Under the pieces are notes generated by a model. That model made no database searches. It was not told where the DNA came from and worked only from the letters and a program-made list of their open reading frames with translations. A stretch of 63,397 nucleotides of DNA, the filler included, from Gonapodya sp. JEL0774 (taxonomy: Eukaryota), in NCBI GenBank assembly GCA_027604505.1. It is 2 parts of 2 records of this genome, joined end to end, with 100 filler letters (N's around TTAATTAATTAA, not from the genome) between each part and the next. Parts side by side here need not be neighbours in the genome. Positions count along the whole stretch, not along the records: positions 1 to 31,788 come from JADIIX010000198.1; 1 more part is not named here. One strand, 5' to 3'. The translations under genes were made by a program, and so were the position numbers. Shown here in pieces: positions 13,201-27,700 of this stretch (positions within the stretch are counted from its first letter, which is position 1; each line of letters begins with the position of its first letter).

Positions 13201-15610
13201 CTCGCTATTCAAACTGATCACTGGGGTTTGGGGCTTTCCTCCCTGCTTTCCGTTGACTCCGCCGTTCCTGGCGGCAGTAAGACTGGCAGGCACAGAATCG
13301 GAGACATCATGATCTGCAAGATTGTTTGCAGTGTTCTCACCAGGGCTATGTGCATGGAGAACTTCCTTATCTTGCACCACTTGAACTTGCAATCCATGAT
13401 TATTGATGTTATAAATGTCTCCACCGGCACCACGACCGTCTGGGTGTCCACCTCGACCAGATGAATGGGTGATTCCATTGGATGGCTTGCCCGTTGCTAA
13501 TCCGTATGTCGAGAATACTTGCAATCTCTCACTCTCGTCAAGTGGGCTTTGAGGATTTGTACGACTGTCCGAAGAATTAGATGCAATTTGGTGATTACTG
13601 CGGTAATCTGGAGACTCCACTGAGGTTTTAACAGGCGAAACAAATGGTGATGTCTGAAAATTAGGGAGACCTGCTCTATTTGTGGTACCTTTAACTTGTT
13701 CGGAATCTTCCCGTTCAATTTCAACATTCTGTGTTGGTCCCTCTCTCGACACGGCGGCATCAGTATTGTGCCTTTGACTGTTGCTCAGAGAAATGTTTGC
13801 ATCCGAAATGGTTCCATCTAAATCCCAATCGGATTGATTGAGGTTAGAATGTTCGCTACTGGATGATTTAGCCGGTGGAGAGTTCACTGGACTGTCAACG
13901 CGATCGGTAGACGAGAGAAATTTCACGTCCTTCGAGCTTATGTGGGAATGCGCACTGGACGCTACTCCGCCAATGAGGTGACTCTGGTGGCTTAAAGATG
14001 TCGACAGCGGGGCTGACCGCATCACCACAATCGCATCTGCTGATGATTGGCCATCAGCAACGAGTGATGGAGAGTCAGGAGCAAATTTGTTCACAGGAAG
14101 CATTGTGGACGACACTGCCTGTCCCACCGCATAATCCTGAGCTGGTTTGTCGTCAATCACTTTTCCACTCTCGGTTACAGAGGACACAACATCATCTGGG
14201 CCGCGTGGCTTCTCCGACGCAAAAGCTGATCTCAAAGGCTGAGTACGGTTTGCAAACTGAGAATCAAGTCTTTGAACATTCGAGTCTAACTTCAGAGAGC
14301 GATCGACTAAAGAACTTGTCGGTGGAGGCAAAGCAGAAGATTCCAAACTTTGCACCAGCTGGAACTTCGTGTTCAAAATGGTACCCAACGTATTCACGGG
14401 CGAAGAATTATTGCTGGACTTTCTGCTGCTTGAACTCGAGAGAGATGATAGACTGAGCAGTTCCGACAAGCTGTCCTGGTTCAAAGTTCCAGATTTGACG
14501 CCGGCAGACTTCGGCATCTGCTCGTCTGGTTTGGACTGCAAGAGGCGTTCGGGTTGGCTCGGGAGTGTTTTTTCCCTGCGCAGTAAGTTTAGGGGCGTCA
14601 ACTGCCCTCTGCCAGAGGACCGAGATGAGGGTCCAGAACTTCCGTCCTGGTTCTCAATTCCCCGCGAAGTGGACGAAGCGACCTCGGATGCATCAGGGTT
14701 TGTTGTGGTGGTGGTGGGAGCAAACACAGAGGGCAAACCACTATTGGTTGTCTTCCCTGGAGTTGGCAAAGACAAGGCTATCAAACTTGGGTTTCCTGCG
14801 GTGACCACTGGAAGGGACGACTGCTCCATAAGGCAAGCAAAAAAAATTTTGCATCACGTAATGAACAATACCACAGCACCCTACACACCTCTGTTCGATC
14901 CTCCTTGGTGCCGAGAGCGGGAGATCCTTCATTATGTTTGGCGACCTTGATTTTCTCATTCTCGTACAGCTTTTTGTAATATTCGTCACAAGGGTGGTCC
15001 CAAATCGATTCCCCAGTCACAAAATTGAAATAGTCTACGGATGAAAGGTTGAAATTACGGTTGTAGATAATGGTCATATCGCAATACACCCAAATCCCAA
15101 CACATAAGCGACATTCTCCCGTTTACAAGACGCAAGATGCGGTCTGGTGTTCATATGGTTGTCCCAGGTGTACCGAGCTTGGTGAAGGTCTTTTGCCGAA
15201 CGCACTCACATATATTTCCATCATCCGTTTGACAGGGCTTCCAGTTTGGCGGCAGCGGTGCCTTCAAAGATTCTCTTGCAATCCAGAGAAGGCTGGAGTC
15301 TTTTTCGGGGTCCATTCCGAGAAAAGCGGCATACTCAACTATTTCTGTGGACAGAAACCGTACACGAGACCCAACGCAGAGTCGGCAGAGAATTGATTCC
15401 GCATTCAAAGGTACCATATTCGTGGAGGAGCAGGCATGCAGGGGCAGACGTTCGGCCAGGGGAAGGACAGTAGAGTGAGCGACCGAGAATAAATGTGAAG
15501 TGGGCGAGCAACGAACCTTCTGATGTAGGCTCGTAGTTTGCGTCAAACTCCTCTTCCAAGACAGCAGTACGCGCGGCATCGCCATCTCCGGTCCGGTCAC
15601 CACTTGACAT
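10223..15610 (-). CDS. CEP164: Centrosomal/basal-body distal appendage protein CEP164 homolog (N-terminal WW domain, low-complexity middle, coiled coil), multi-exon
   Basis: Spliced N-terminus VLEEEFDANYEPTSEEIVEYAAFLGMDPEKDSSLLWIARESLKAPLPPNWKPCQTDDGNIYYFNFVTGESIWDHPCDEYYKKLY matches the CEP164 N-terminal/WW region. It is followed by large exons 12697-14990 (S-rich) and 10720-12507 (coiled coil). The 3' end (~10223) is approximate. Confidence 0.88.
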
Positions 15611-15713
15611 TTTGACGTCAGTTCGTGGGTTGTTCTGATGATGGATAATATCCGACCACAGTCACGGTCCACCTGTGGTGTCATATGTACATGCTCACGA
15701 CGCTCAGAACACA
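15611..15713. promoter_or_regulatory. Putative bidirectional promoter between CEP164 and DYNC2H1
   Basis: 103 bp separate the divergent ATGs (15610 on minus, 15714 on plus). Nested inverted repeats: TGTTCTGA (15631-38)/TCAGAACA (15704-11) and ACCACAG (15655-61)/CTGTGGT (15673-79). Palindrome TGACGTCA at 15613-20. Confidence 0.6.
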
Positions 15714-18700
15714 ATGAAGAGCGCGGCCGCACAGGGGAAAATTCATGTTCTCGTTGCGAATTATTTGAGCGCATTGCGTTCAGGAGTAACGAATGAGACA
15801 GAATCACTGGACCCAGCCCTGCTCTCGTTTTTGCGTGGAGATTATGGGTCACCGGATCTTATAGCTCTAATCTGGAACACAGCTGTGAGCTTCCATGATC
15901 AATTTTATTGGACGCACGGATGACTGTTCTTACTTCGTGCAATGAAGACCACCTCCATAGAAGTTCGGACAACAATCCCGAAACACTCTGAGCATAGCCT
16001 CACCTCGTCGTTGGAAGAGGTCTTCGCAATCGGAAAGCTTTCCGCGGGAGGTGTTCAATCAGTCGGGGATGTTTTCATTCTCCCTGTCACGGACGAAGAG
16101 GAGTTGGTGCTCAGGTTAAAGAAATTGCTCCACATCAGTCGACTGGCTTTGGAGTGAGAGGACATATTTTCTATCAAGTCGACTGCGCACATCGAAATGA
16201 AAAAATTGAATTCTCGCTTAGAACGAAAGATCTCCATCCGTCATTGCAGAAAGCCCTGGAGGTCGTGAGTCTCACCCTCAGCGATGAACGAGTAAACCAT
16301 ACAGAGGGTAGGTCCTTTCTTGCTTCATGGAGTCACAAAAAGATTGTACAAACCAAAATTTAGGGTATCGAGAAGTTTGTGTTGATAGGGCCAGGAACAA
16401 CAACACTGTTGATCCAGGTTCAGACATTGAAGATGCTATATATGCGCAGAATGCAAAAATAATGTGAGAGTAAACCAATTTGTGAAATTCTTTGTTTTAA
16501 AATATTCAAGAAACCCATAGGAACTTGGAGGAACTACATGACTTTGAAGATGTCTTGGATGAACTTCAGGATCTTCTTGACAAACTTTGGTATGTCCAAA
16601 ATGAATACAATCTCCAAACTTCATTGCCATGATGCATTTTGGGCAGGAACACCACATATCCTCAGTGGAAAATGGAGCTCATCTTCAGCAATATCTCTGA
16701 CTCCCTTGGGACCACACTAAAACTTCATCTCAAAGACGTCGACCTCTTGGAGGATCCAAATGCCTTGGTATGTCCCTGTTTTGATTGTCACCTGAACAAT
16801 TCCACTTGTTGAGCTCTTTGACATTTCTTAGATTGTATTAGAAGTACTGTGCAAAGTTATCTCCAGGTGGCACTGTATATTAAATGACTTGACCACAAAA
16901 TTCTGGCAAAACTCTTGGAAATCGTCAGACAAACCTCTTCGAGGAATCAAACATGTCAGCATTCTTGAAGAGAGGATTCAAACAGTGTGTGGGGTATTTT
17001 ATAGATTGCTGTGGTGCATAATGAATTCTCACTGGTGGTTCAACACAGGTTGTCAGTTTGGTGGCTCTGCACCTCAGCTTCACTCACACTTTAGACAGGT
17101 TTGAGTTAAAGGAGCTTGGACTGAAAGACGTTTTTCAGGCATTACTCAAATGCTCCTGGTATGATGTCAAATGTGTTAGCAGTGTGCAGTGGGAAGTGAG
17201 TACCCAAGTTGTCCATCAACCCTTCTCTCTGACAACTTCAGCTACTATCTTTCAGGCATCTATTGCTAATTTTACTGGCAAAATTAGTGATGCAGAGGCT
17301 GCTGCAGCTGTTAAACTGAAATCCACCCTTGCACAACTGAACAGAGTAAACTATGTTGAAATGTCTCAAAATCTTTTACAATATCTTCCTTTGCTGCACA
17401 GAGATCAGATTGCAGAATTATTATGTGAGTATTACTCAAGTTTGCTGTATTGTAAATTTGAAATATGACATGGACACCAACCCAAAGTTGAGGAACGATC
17501 ACATTCCCTCAAGATACTAAAAGCAGAAGTAAACAACTTATTGACTCAATGCAGGCAGTTGGACATGGATGCAAAGCTCACTGGGCAGGGAGCTGTTGAT
17601 CAAATTCTTTGCATAAGACAATCCATTCTAAAGGTAAGAAGTGGAAGTCCTTTTGTTGTTCTTGCTTAATTTTCACATCTGTCACATTGTAGGTCCAAGA
17701 GATACAACTGACAGCACAAGCAGTTGTCGGACAGATTACTGGATTTGCTGACCTGGACCTAATGATTGGTGCAACACTAGAAGAATTGAGCAGCCTTGAA
17801 CAGGTGTTCTATTGTCAATGGCTGGAAGCAACCCAGATGTTGAGCAGAGCCTGGTTTGGTCAAGGGGCTAAACCTACCCCGTTTATTGTCCTGGATGCAG
17901 ACACAGGACAGATATCAATTCCAATGAACCCTCAAATGGCATGCTTTGGAAAAGAGTGCCAACAAATGTGTGCACTTGGTTTTGTTATTCCAGATAACCT
18001 AAATAACATGCACCTTGATGTGGAGAGGTTACTCCCTTTCTTTGGTGTTTTGCAAAAAGTTGCAAGCTTTTACAATGGCCTTTCAGCAAAAGTTCCCAGT
18101 TTCCAGATGCCATTACTCCTTAATTCTACAATCCAATTTGAAAAGCTTGTGATTTCAAGTATTACTAACATTTCCACTAACAGTAAGCAAGGGGAAATAC
18201 AGGCAACAGTAATAGACCTTCAATCAGCTGCAACTATTTTGAGTGAAACCATCCACATCCTGTCCCAAGCACATACTCATATTACAGACCATTTCATAAT
18301 TCCACTACTGCAGGTAAATCTGATCTCAAGTGTAAACTTGTGGAATGATCAGGTTGCTGCAATGCAAATTTTCCTTCAAGACTCAATAACACAATTGAAG
18401 TCCAGTAGTGCTATCCAAAACACCAGCTTGTGGGAGCAGCATATCAATCATCAACTCTTGAAAGCTGCTGAATACTCGGTGAAAAAAGTATTCTTGTTAG
18501 AAGGCAATATTATTAAAACTCAGCCAGTTGAGTTTTCCATTATATGTGGTTTCCCAGGGCTTAGCTTTGGGACTGAAGAAGCCAAAGGAAAGCACTTTCG
18601 AATTCTTAAGAGTTCTTTGTGTTGTTTGAGAGGACTTCATCCTGTTGGAGGTGGTTTGGAGTTTGATGAGCTTTATGAGATCATTGAAGAACTCCTCTTT

Positions 18701-21700
18701 GATCAGGCTGCTTGGAGTGAACTTGTTTTTGAAACACTTGATCTTGTGAGATCAATGGTTTCTGATTGGGAGATGTGGGAACATGGTCAGAGTTTTGCAC
18801 TTTCCATGAAGAGGTTGTTGCAGAGCCCTGATGATTGGCAAGATGTCTTCAAGTTTCTCAAGGTTTGTACAGCAAGGCTGTCACCTAATCCTTTCTGAGT
18901 CAACACTTTCTCTTTCCAGGAAAAGGGACAAGAACTTGCAACACTACCACAAGATCTTAGGATTCCTGGAGCAATCATTCATATTGGCTCATTTAAAAAC
19001 TCTATTGAGGAGGAGATACAATGTGCTTTTGATATGGTGGGTAGAGTAATGAGAAACAAAGAGTCACTCTCTAAATATCCTTCCAGACTGTTCATGCACT
19101 GAAGCTCAATATTGAATGTCGCAATCAAGCTGTCATAGATTTTTCAGACTCTGGTGAGTGAGTCAGGTTTCACTGATGGGGGAAAGTGAGAACAGACACA
19201 GATATGGTACTTGATTTGTAGTGTGTCAAATGGTATCAAGTAGTGTGTTTACACAATCAGCAAAATGCTATGCTAGAGCCAGCAGTGTTTGGCAGCTACT
19301 TGTTGTTGAAAAGTCCAAAGCAGCTACTCAGATTGCCCTTGCCCAAGAGGAAAATGCAATTCTCAAGAGAGTCACAGGTACTGATATGAATCAAGCAAAT
19401 ATGTTGCAGAAATGGGACAACTTGCAGTTCCATCTGAGCTCATACAATCAGAAGGTGAAGGACCTGGAACTAGCTTTACAAAACAGCTATAAAGACAGGA
19501 AGCAATCACTTGCATCAAGACGTGCTCAGTTGAAATTGACACTGCATGATATGTTGGCCAAGCTACCAGCTGTTCAAGTTTTTGAAGATGCACTTGATTT
19601 GGAGGATTGCCTACACACCATCAAAGATGACCTAAACCATCTCTGCACTAACACTACTGAGCTCCTACTCACACTGCAGATAACCAATATCTCTGACAAT
19701 CTTGACTTGGAGAGGAGAGAATTAAGTGAAATATGTGAACTAGTGACTAATGAGATGCAAGACTTGAATTTGATCTTGGATTTCAATGGAACACTCAAGA
19801 AACTCTGTGAAGAGGAACAATCACAAGAGAAGCTCTCCCAGTGGCTTGATGAAAGTCTTGTCAGGCCCTGGACAGCCAAACTTGATTTGGCACAACCAAG
19901 TTTTCTTGTTTCCCTAGTCAGGAAAAAGGTCAACTGTTTCAAAGCTTTAAGCTCCTTGCTACAAATTATTGGAGGGGAAGCATGGCTGGATGAGCATTGG
20001 CAAGCTCTCTTTCAAAGCTTGGGTGTGGATTCACAAGTTAGAAGACAGAATAGTGGTCTTTCAAAGGGCTATGTCATCCAATATGCTGAAGAGATGATGA
20101 AGCATGAAATGGAAATAAGAGACATCAGTGCACAGGTGGCAAAGGAAGCACCAGTCCGTAAGGCGCTGGCAGAGGTTGAACTCTGGGCAGCAACTGCAGT
20201 ATTCTGCTTTGATGAAAAGTTGTCATCAAGCAAGATAAATGTTTCTCTTGTTAAAGACTGGGCTGATCTTCTTGCATCAGTTTCAGACAATGTAACACTT
20301 GCCCAGTTGATAAAAGATGCAAAATCTCCCAAGTATTCCCAGCAGGGAGTAATGTGGGAACTTCAACTGGTTGAACTGATCAGTAGCATGAATAAGCTCA
20401 ACTGGATACAGCGAAAGTGGATCTATTTGGAGCCACTTTTCACAAATACCATGTTCAGTACTGAGCATACAAGATTTATTCAAATTGACACAAAATTCAA
20501 GTCACTTATGAGACAGATACATGAAAACAAGAAAATTGTGGCTCTTACATCAATTACAGACATTGAGCACACACTATCATTTTTGTGTGATCAACTGGAT
20601 TGTTGTCAAAAGTCACTCTCAGACTTCCTTGAATCTAAAAGATCAATCTTCCCCAGATTTTATTTCATTGGTGTGAGTAATTGCATCATGCTTCAATATT
20701 AATGCTGTGCTGACCAGAATCCAGGATGATGATTTGCTTCAAATTATAGGCCAGGGAAGCAATGTTTTGGCCATCCAATCTCAAATCAAGAAAATTTTCA
20801 AAGCTGTTGATTCCATTCTTCTCTCTGCAAAAGGTAACATAGTTGCAGTAAAAAGCACTGAGGGTGAAGTTGTGCAACTTGACAAAGAAGTTCCTGTGAC
20901 AAGTGAAGTGCAGACTTGGCTTGAATTTCTGGTAGCAGAAATACAGTGCACCTTGCTCTCAAAATTATTGACGTGTTTGGAAGAAGAATATTTGATACAC
21001 CCTCAACAAGTCTTAGATCTTGCTGGAAATATTCAGTTTACCAGAATATGTGAGACGCATTTAACCAACAAGCAACCACTCTCACAAGTTTTGAAGAAAC
21101 TTGCATGTGAACAAAAAACATATCTCTCAGTCATAAAAGGGTCAATGTTATCTCTCCAGAGTGGAAGCTGCCAGCTACTCAAGGCCAAAGCACTTCTTCT
21201 TGCAAACATCCACCACAGCAATGTAGTGAAACAAATGATGCTGTCAGAGGCAATCACCACAGATGATTGGATCTGGCAGAAGCAGTTAAGATTTTATCTC
21301 AGAGGTGATGATGTGTCAGTGTGCATGAGCCATGCTGATATGACATATTCCTGGGAATACCAGGGAAATAGCCCAAAGCTTGTTCATACAGAACTCACAG
21401 ATAAATGCTTTTTAACTATAATGCAAGCTTTAACTGACGGTTTTGGAGGTAATCTTTTTGGTCCGGCAGGAACTGGGAAAACAGAGTCTGTCAAAGCATT
21501 GGGAGCACTTCTTGGCCGCCAAGTATTTGTTTTTAACTGTGATGAGGGCCTGGATTACCAGGCCATAAGTCGAAGCTTTGTAGGACTCTGTAGAATAGGG
21601 GCTTGGGGCTGTTTTGATGAGTTCAATCGTCTTGAGGAGGTTGTCCTCAGCACTGTGTCACTACAGATTCAAACCATTCAGGCTGCCTTAAAAGCTGGAA

Positions 21701-24700
21701 GTGATAGGATCACAATACTTGGCTCTGTTGCTAAACTGAACAGTAATACAGCAATCTTTGTGACATTGAACCCTGCAAGTAAAGAGTATGGTGGCCGCCA
21801 GCAACTTCCTAACAACCTGAAACAATTGTTTCGATCCGTTGCAATGACATTTCCTGACAAATTTAGCATTTGTCAAATAATTCTTACAAGTGAAGGCTTC
21901 CAGACTGGGCAATCCCTCTCAGAAAAGATTATCACAACACTGACATTTTGCAAAGAAACTCTCTCTGTCCAGAAGCACCATGATTGGGGTCTCCGAACAA
22001 TAAAATCAGTTTTACTTATTGCAGGAACAGCACTTCAAGAGCTGGGAGGTGTGCTGACTTCTTTTGAAGTTGAAGAGGAAATTGTCATTAAGGCTCTGTG
22101 GACTACTGTGTTTCCCAGGCTCAACTTTGGGGATGGTAATGCATTTCTCAGGATTCTTGCAGATGTCTTTCCACAAAGTGATACTGAAGGTCTGCTGGTG
22201 AAGATTGGCACAGATGATTTTCTGTACAAAGCTTTCCAAAACCTCAGCCTTACCCCAAACAATTTTCAAATACAAAAGTGTAAAAACCTTCTGGATTGTC
22301 TTCAAACAAGAATTGGCATTGCTTTAGTTGGTGAACATAGCACTGGAAAGAGTACCATCTGGAAAGTAGCTTTAAAGTACAAAGAACATTGCTCAAATGT
22401 GAAGGTGCATCATTTGAATCCCAAAGCCACACCAAGAGAGCAACTTCTTGGTCATATCAACCCTGATACCAGAGAATGGTGTGTAATTGCATATCCTGTG
22501 TATTCAAATCCTTGAATATTTGGTTCTGCTTGCAGGGTGGATGGAATTCTTACTAAAATCTCAAGAAGTATCATAGAAGATCCATCATTAACACATTGGG
22601 TAGTATGTGATGGAGGTATTGATCCTGAGGTGAGATATATTCTTTTGAGGGCACAAGCCTTATGTTCAACAGCAAGTTTGTCACAAATTAGTGGATTGAG
22701 GCTTTAAACTCAGTCTTAGATGACAATCACCTGCTTACAATTCCAAGTGGGGAAAGGTTCACATTTGGTAGCAATGTGAACTTCATTTTTGAGACAGTGG
22801 ATTTTCAGTATGCATCGCCAGCTACTGTCAGCAGACTTGGAGTGATCCACCTCTCTCAGGAGAGTCTTCCATTTTCTCTCATACTTGATGCATGGGTATC
22901 AAAGCTGCCAGAGAACATCCAAGAACAAAGAAAAATGCAAATGAATGAGGTTGGTAAAAGATTGCAGTTGCTTGGATTTCACATCTGATTGTTCCACCAG
23001 ATTCTGAAACCAGCCATAGACAAGGTTGCTAATCTAAAAGCACAGACATGGGCTAACCTTAATCTTAACTCATTTGCACAATCATGTTTGTCCATGTTTT
23101 CAAAAGTTGATGATCTTCCAAACAAGGAAGTGCATTGTATCATAAAGAGAGCTATTCAAACCTGCCTTCCTCCAACCCTAAAAACTTTAACACTGCAGAA
23201 CCTGTCAGTACAAAATCCAAGTGAAGATTCCTACAATAGTCATTTTGATGAGGAATTGGTCCCAGTCCCCTTCCACTACAGAGGTAAGTGGGAGACTTGG
23301 TCTTTTGGAGGATTTATAATCAAGCCTATATTTCCAAGATGCTGTGCATGTTACATCTCAGTGGATATTCCAGAATTACCCCATTGTTGTAGTTGGGCCC
23401 CAGGGGAGTGGGAAGACAACACTGCTTGAAAGCATCCTTGGAACACAACTATCACCAGGAAACATTGTCTATTGCAGTTCTGTTACGTGTGGGGGTGATC
23501 TTTTAGACAAGATACTGGAGATGGCAGTGGTTCATGCAAATGCAGGAGGAAAAGTCCTGAAACCTAAAACCAAGAAGAAAGTCATTATTGCAGTACAAAA
23601 TCTGCATACCCCTGCAGCTGACAAATTTGGATCTGTTGAACTGAGTGCATTGATCCAACAGCTACTGTGTTATCAAGGCTTCTATGACAGTAAAACAGGG
23701 GATTGGCTGCAGCTGGAGGGGTTCCAAATTATTGTGACAGTCAACTCAGATCACATCAATTCACCATCCATTCAGTGCCTGCTCTCCTTAATGAGAGCGA
23801 TGTATCTTGATAGTCCAACTGAAAATGATCTCATTACAATTTGTACTTACAAATTGAAGAAAATTGTGGATCTTTGTGGCTTTGATGGAACTGATGCTCT
23901 CTCTGCTAAATTGTCCAAAGCAATGATAACTGTCATATTGTCCATACAGAAGCAGATTCCCTCCACCAATGTTACTGCAAAAGACCTCATCATTTGGATT
24001 GAGTCGCTTAAACATATCAACAAGCATGTGCCGTCTTCAAGCACACTGGACAACCTGTTAAGGGAAGTTCAACTCAAAGGAAAACATCTATTGATTGATG
24101 GCTTGTCCCAGGATAACAAAGTGATAGCTGGTTCTATCATGCAGAAAGCATTCTCAGAGCACTGGAAAGACATAAATACTGGCTTCTCCCTTGAGGGCGA
24201 CAATCCACACAAATGTCTTGTTGAATCGTACCAGTTTAGCACAAGTCATCCATTCCATAATCACCCAGCTGTTCTATCCCTTACAAAGACTAAAATGTGG
24301 CTCTGCCAAAGTCTTGAGTATGCACTTGCAACCAATCATGGCCGGATAGGGGGATCGGCAATACTTTGGGGCCACCCTGGTATGGGTCGACAAGATTGTG
24401 TCAATCTGGTAGCAAACAAGCTTGGCATGGATATTTTGCATATTGCTGATAAAGCTAATGTGAATGCAAAATCTCTTCAGAATGAGCTAAAAAGTTTACT
24501 GGAGAACACTGCAATGGAAAGAAGGCCAAAGATACTTATTGTAGAGGTGCAACATGTTGCTGCTTGTCCCAAACTGCTAGGATTTATCAACAGCATATTA
24601 GGTACAGGTCAAGTCAGTGGGCTTTACACAACAGATGATCTTCTTGCAGTGTCACAGAGCCTCTCTGAGTTCTGCTTACAAGATTCTTATGATGGTCCTC

Positions 24701-27700
24701 TAACTGATTACTTTTGGCACTGCATTGCTCAGAACCTGCATGTTGTTTTACTGCTTGATTCTGATGACCCATCAGCACAAACCATGGTTCTTTCAACACC
24801 AGGACTTCAGAACTTCTGCACAAAAATCCGTGTAGATCATTGGAGTGACAAAACTAAATGTGGAATAGCTGTTGAAATTCTCAGTAAATCAGATGTCTTC
24901 TGTGCTTTGAGTGCAGAGCAACAGAATACAATAGTTGAACTTTTAATTCAGGTGTTCAACAGCACTAGCACAAAGCCATCCAAACTCAAAAGTCTGTTAT
25001 ATGCATACACTAAAATTCTTGGTAAAAGGCATCTGTCAAATATAAATAAGTTGCTGCATTTGGAGCAGGGTGTGAAAAGGCTCCAGGAAGCATCCACTCA
25101 TGTTAGTGACCTGTCAAACAAACTAGAGAGAAAGCAAGTCAGTATTCAAGAGCTACAGCAAAGTGCAAATGATAATCTCCAACAAATTACTGGTTTGTTC
25201 TGATACTCAAGCATTTATTCTGTGTCTGGTCATTAACAATGCTTTCTGAAGAATCCATACTGCAGGCTAATGCCCAAAAAGGAGTGATTGAAACTTTACA
25301 ATCAGAGCTTGCAATCGAAAAACAGTTGTTGTCTGCTAAGAAACAGGAAACAGAAAGTCAGATTCACAATGTTGAGCCACTTATTTCACAGGCAAAACTG
25401 GCTGTTGGAGATATCCGGCCTGAGCACCTGAGTGAAATTAGATCTCTGAGAGCTCCACCATCTGTAATTCGAGATGTTCTGGAGGGATTGATGCGATTAC
25501 TTGGTTTGGTTGATATGAGTTGGTCAAGGTATGTTGAGAATGACTCGGACTTGGAAATAAATTGTGTTTCTAAACATCAACAAGCAGCATGAAGTCTTTT
25601 CTTGGGAAACGTAATGTGAAGGAAGATATTTTAAACTTCAATGCTCAGAATATTAGCAAATCAGTATACCAGTCTGTGAGAAGTTTGATGGATGAGAAGC
25701 CAGGTATGATCAATCCTTCACAGAAACACAATTCAACATTAGTAGTTTTAGTACTCTTGTCTCCATAGATTCATTTAATGAGCAAACAGTTAAGAAATCT
25801 TTTCAGGCTGCTGCTCCACTGGCAGTTTGGATCAAAGCTAATGTGACTTATGCTGAAGTGTTGGAAAAGGTGCAGCCACTACAAAACCAACTTTCTGAAC
25901 TCCAAGAGAACCTATCAAGGTCTGAAAAAACTTTGGAAGAACTAGAAAAGCAGTTAGCAGGAATTCAAGAGCAGATCTCTACACAGAAGGAGGGATTTGC
26001 AAAAAAAACCAGAGATGCTGAAATACTAAAATTTGAGTTTGACACCGCATTGCAAGGAAAGAACAAGGCAAAGGACTTGCTCCAAAAGCTAGATGGTGAG
26101 GGCAGCAGATGGTTGCGTGAGACCAAATCCTATCAGGAGACTATTGCAGTGCTGCCCAATTTGAGCATTGTAATTGCTGCCATTGTTACCTTTTTTGGCC
26201 AGCTCTCAGCAGAGGAAAGAAACTACATTCTGAAGAAATGGTTAATAATCTGCAGCATAACAGAATGGACACTGGATTCTCTATGCTCACAACACAAAAG
26301 GCTTGAGTGGAGGACAATGGGACTTTTGGATGATCAGCTCACAATGGAAAATGCTGCAATAGTAACTGATACTCAAGAGATTCCACTCATTTTAGATCCA
26401 CTGGGACATGCATTAAAATGGCTTCAGCAGTGCTCACTAGAAAATGGCTATGAAGTATCAGAATTTGATAATCCAAATTTGTCCCGACTAGTGGAACTCT
26501 CTGTGAGATTTGGTAAATCTTTGATGGTCCTAAACACCCGCAACATTGAGGCCTGGATGTACCCCCTGCTGCGAAGGGAGTTTGTGCAGCAGGGCTCTCA
26601 GACTCAGGTTCAGTTGGCTGGACGTTTGGTTGACTACAACCCCAAGTTCTCAATATTCTTCTTTGGAAGCTCTACAACTTCACTCTCCATAAGCACAATC
26701 AATCTTTTGAGTGTAGTAAACTTTACCATGACAAGTGAAGGGGTTACAGAAGCACTTCTCTCTCTCACTTTAAGTAAAGTAAATCCATATCTATACAATG
26801 AAACTTCCAGATTGGTTTCAGAAGACCACAAGTTTCGAATGGAGTTACATGTACTGGAGGAATCATTGCTGCAGGAACTATCAGAATCTCAAGGCAATAT
26901 CCTAGAGAACAGCAGTCTTCTTGATAACTTAACCTTTGTCAAGGGGAAGTGTGAGGGATTATCACAATCACTCCAAAAGTCTGTGGAGCTTCAAGAAAAA
27001 TTAAAAGCTGAGAAAGAAACATTCAAGCAATTCATTCAACATGCAAGCCACTGCTATTTTGCATTGTCGGAAGTGTGCTCACTCAACAAATTTTACTGTT
27101 GCTCATTTAATCTGTTTAAAATGACATTTGAGACTATTTTCAAACAATGTCCATTGGAAACTCTGACACATTCCCAGAAACTTGTAATGTTGACTGCAGA
27201 ACTTGAAAAAACAGTATTCCATCTTTTGAGAATTGGCACTTTTGAACAAGATCGATTTTCGGTCTTTCTATATGTGGCAAGAAAACTAAAGCAACACAAT
27301 GTGACAAAAGATGAATGGGATCTACTGACATCTCCGGGTGCAGTGAAGCCAGTGGGCTCACCAGCACCATCATGGATCCCAAAGAGCATCAAAAACAGAA
27401 TTTCCTCAGCCTGCATGGTAATACTCTATTTTTTTTTTTTTGAAATTTCAGACCCTGTGCTGATACTCTTATGACACCAGGATATCTTAACAAAAGCATT
27501 CTCAACTGAGGAGACTTGGAGGACTTGGATGAAAACCTCCAATCCCTATCACATGCTTTCTCAAATAAGCACTTGTTTAAGGTTTGTAATATTTGTTGTT
27601 GTTGTATCTGACATTATTTTTCTGATCTGAGCAGCAGTCCAGTGCAACAATTGGTCCTTGTAAAAGCTCTCCGAAGTGATTCCCTTAATGAAGCAGGTAT

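Noticed and set aside
15779..15790. Half X-box-like AGTAAC
   Set aside because: Only a half site, and it lies within the likely first coding exon of the dynein.
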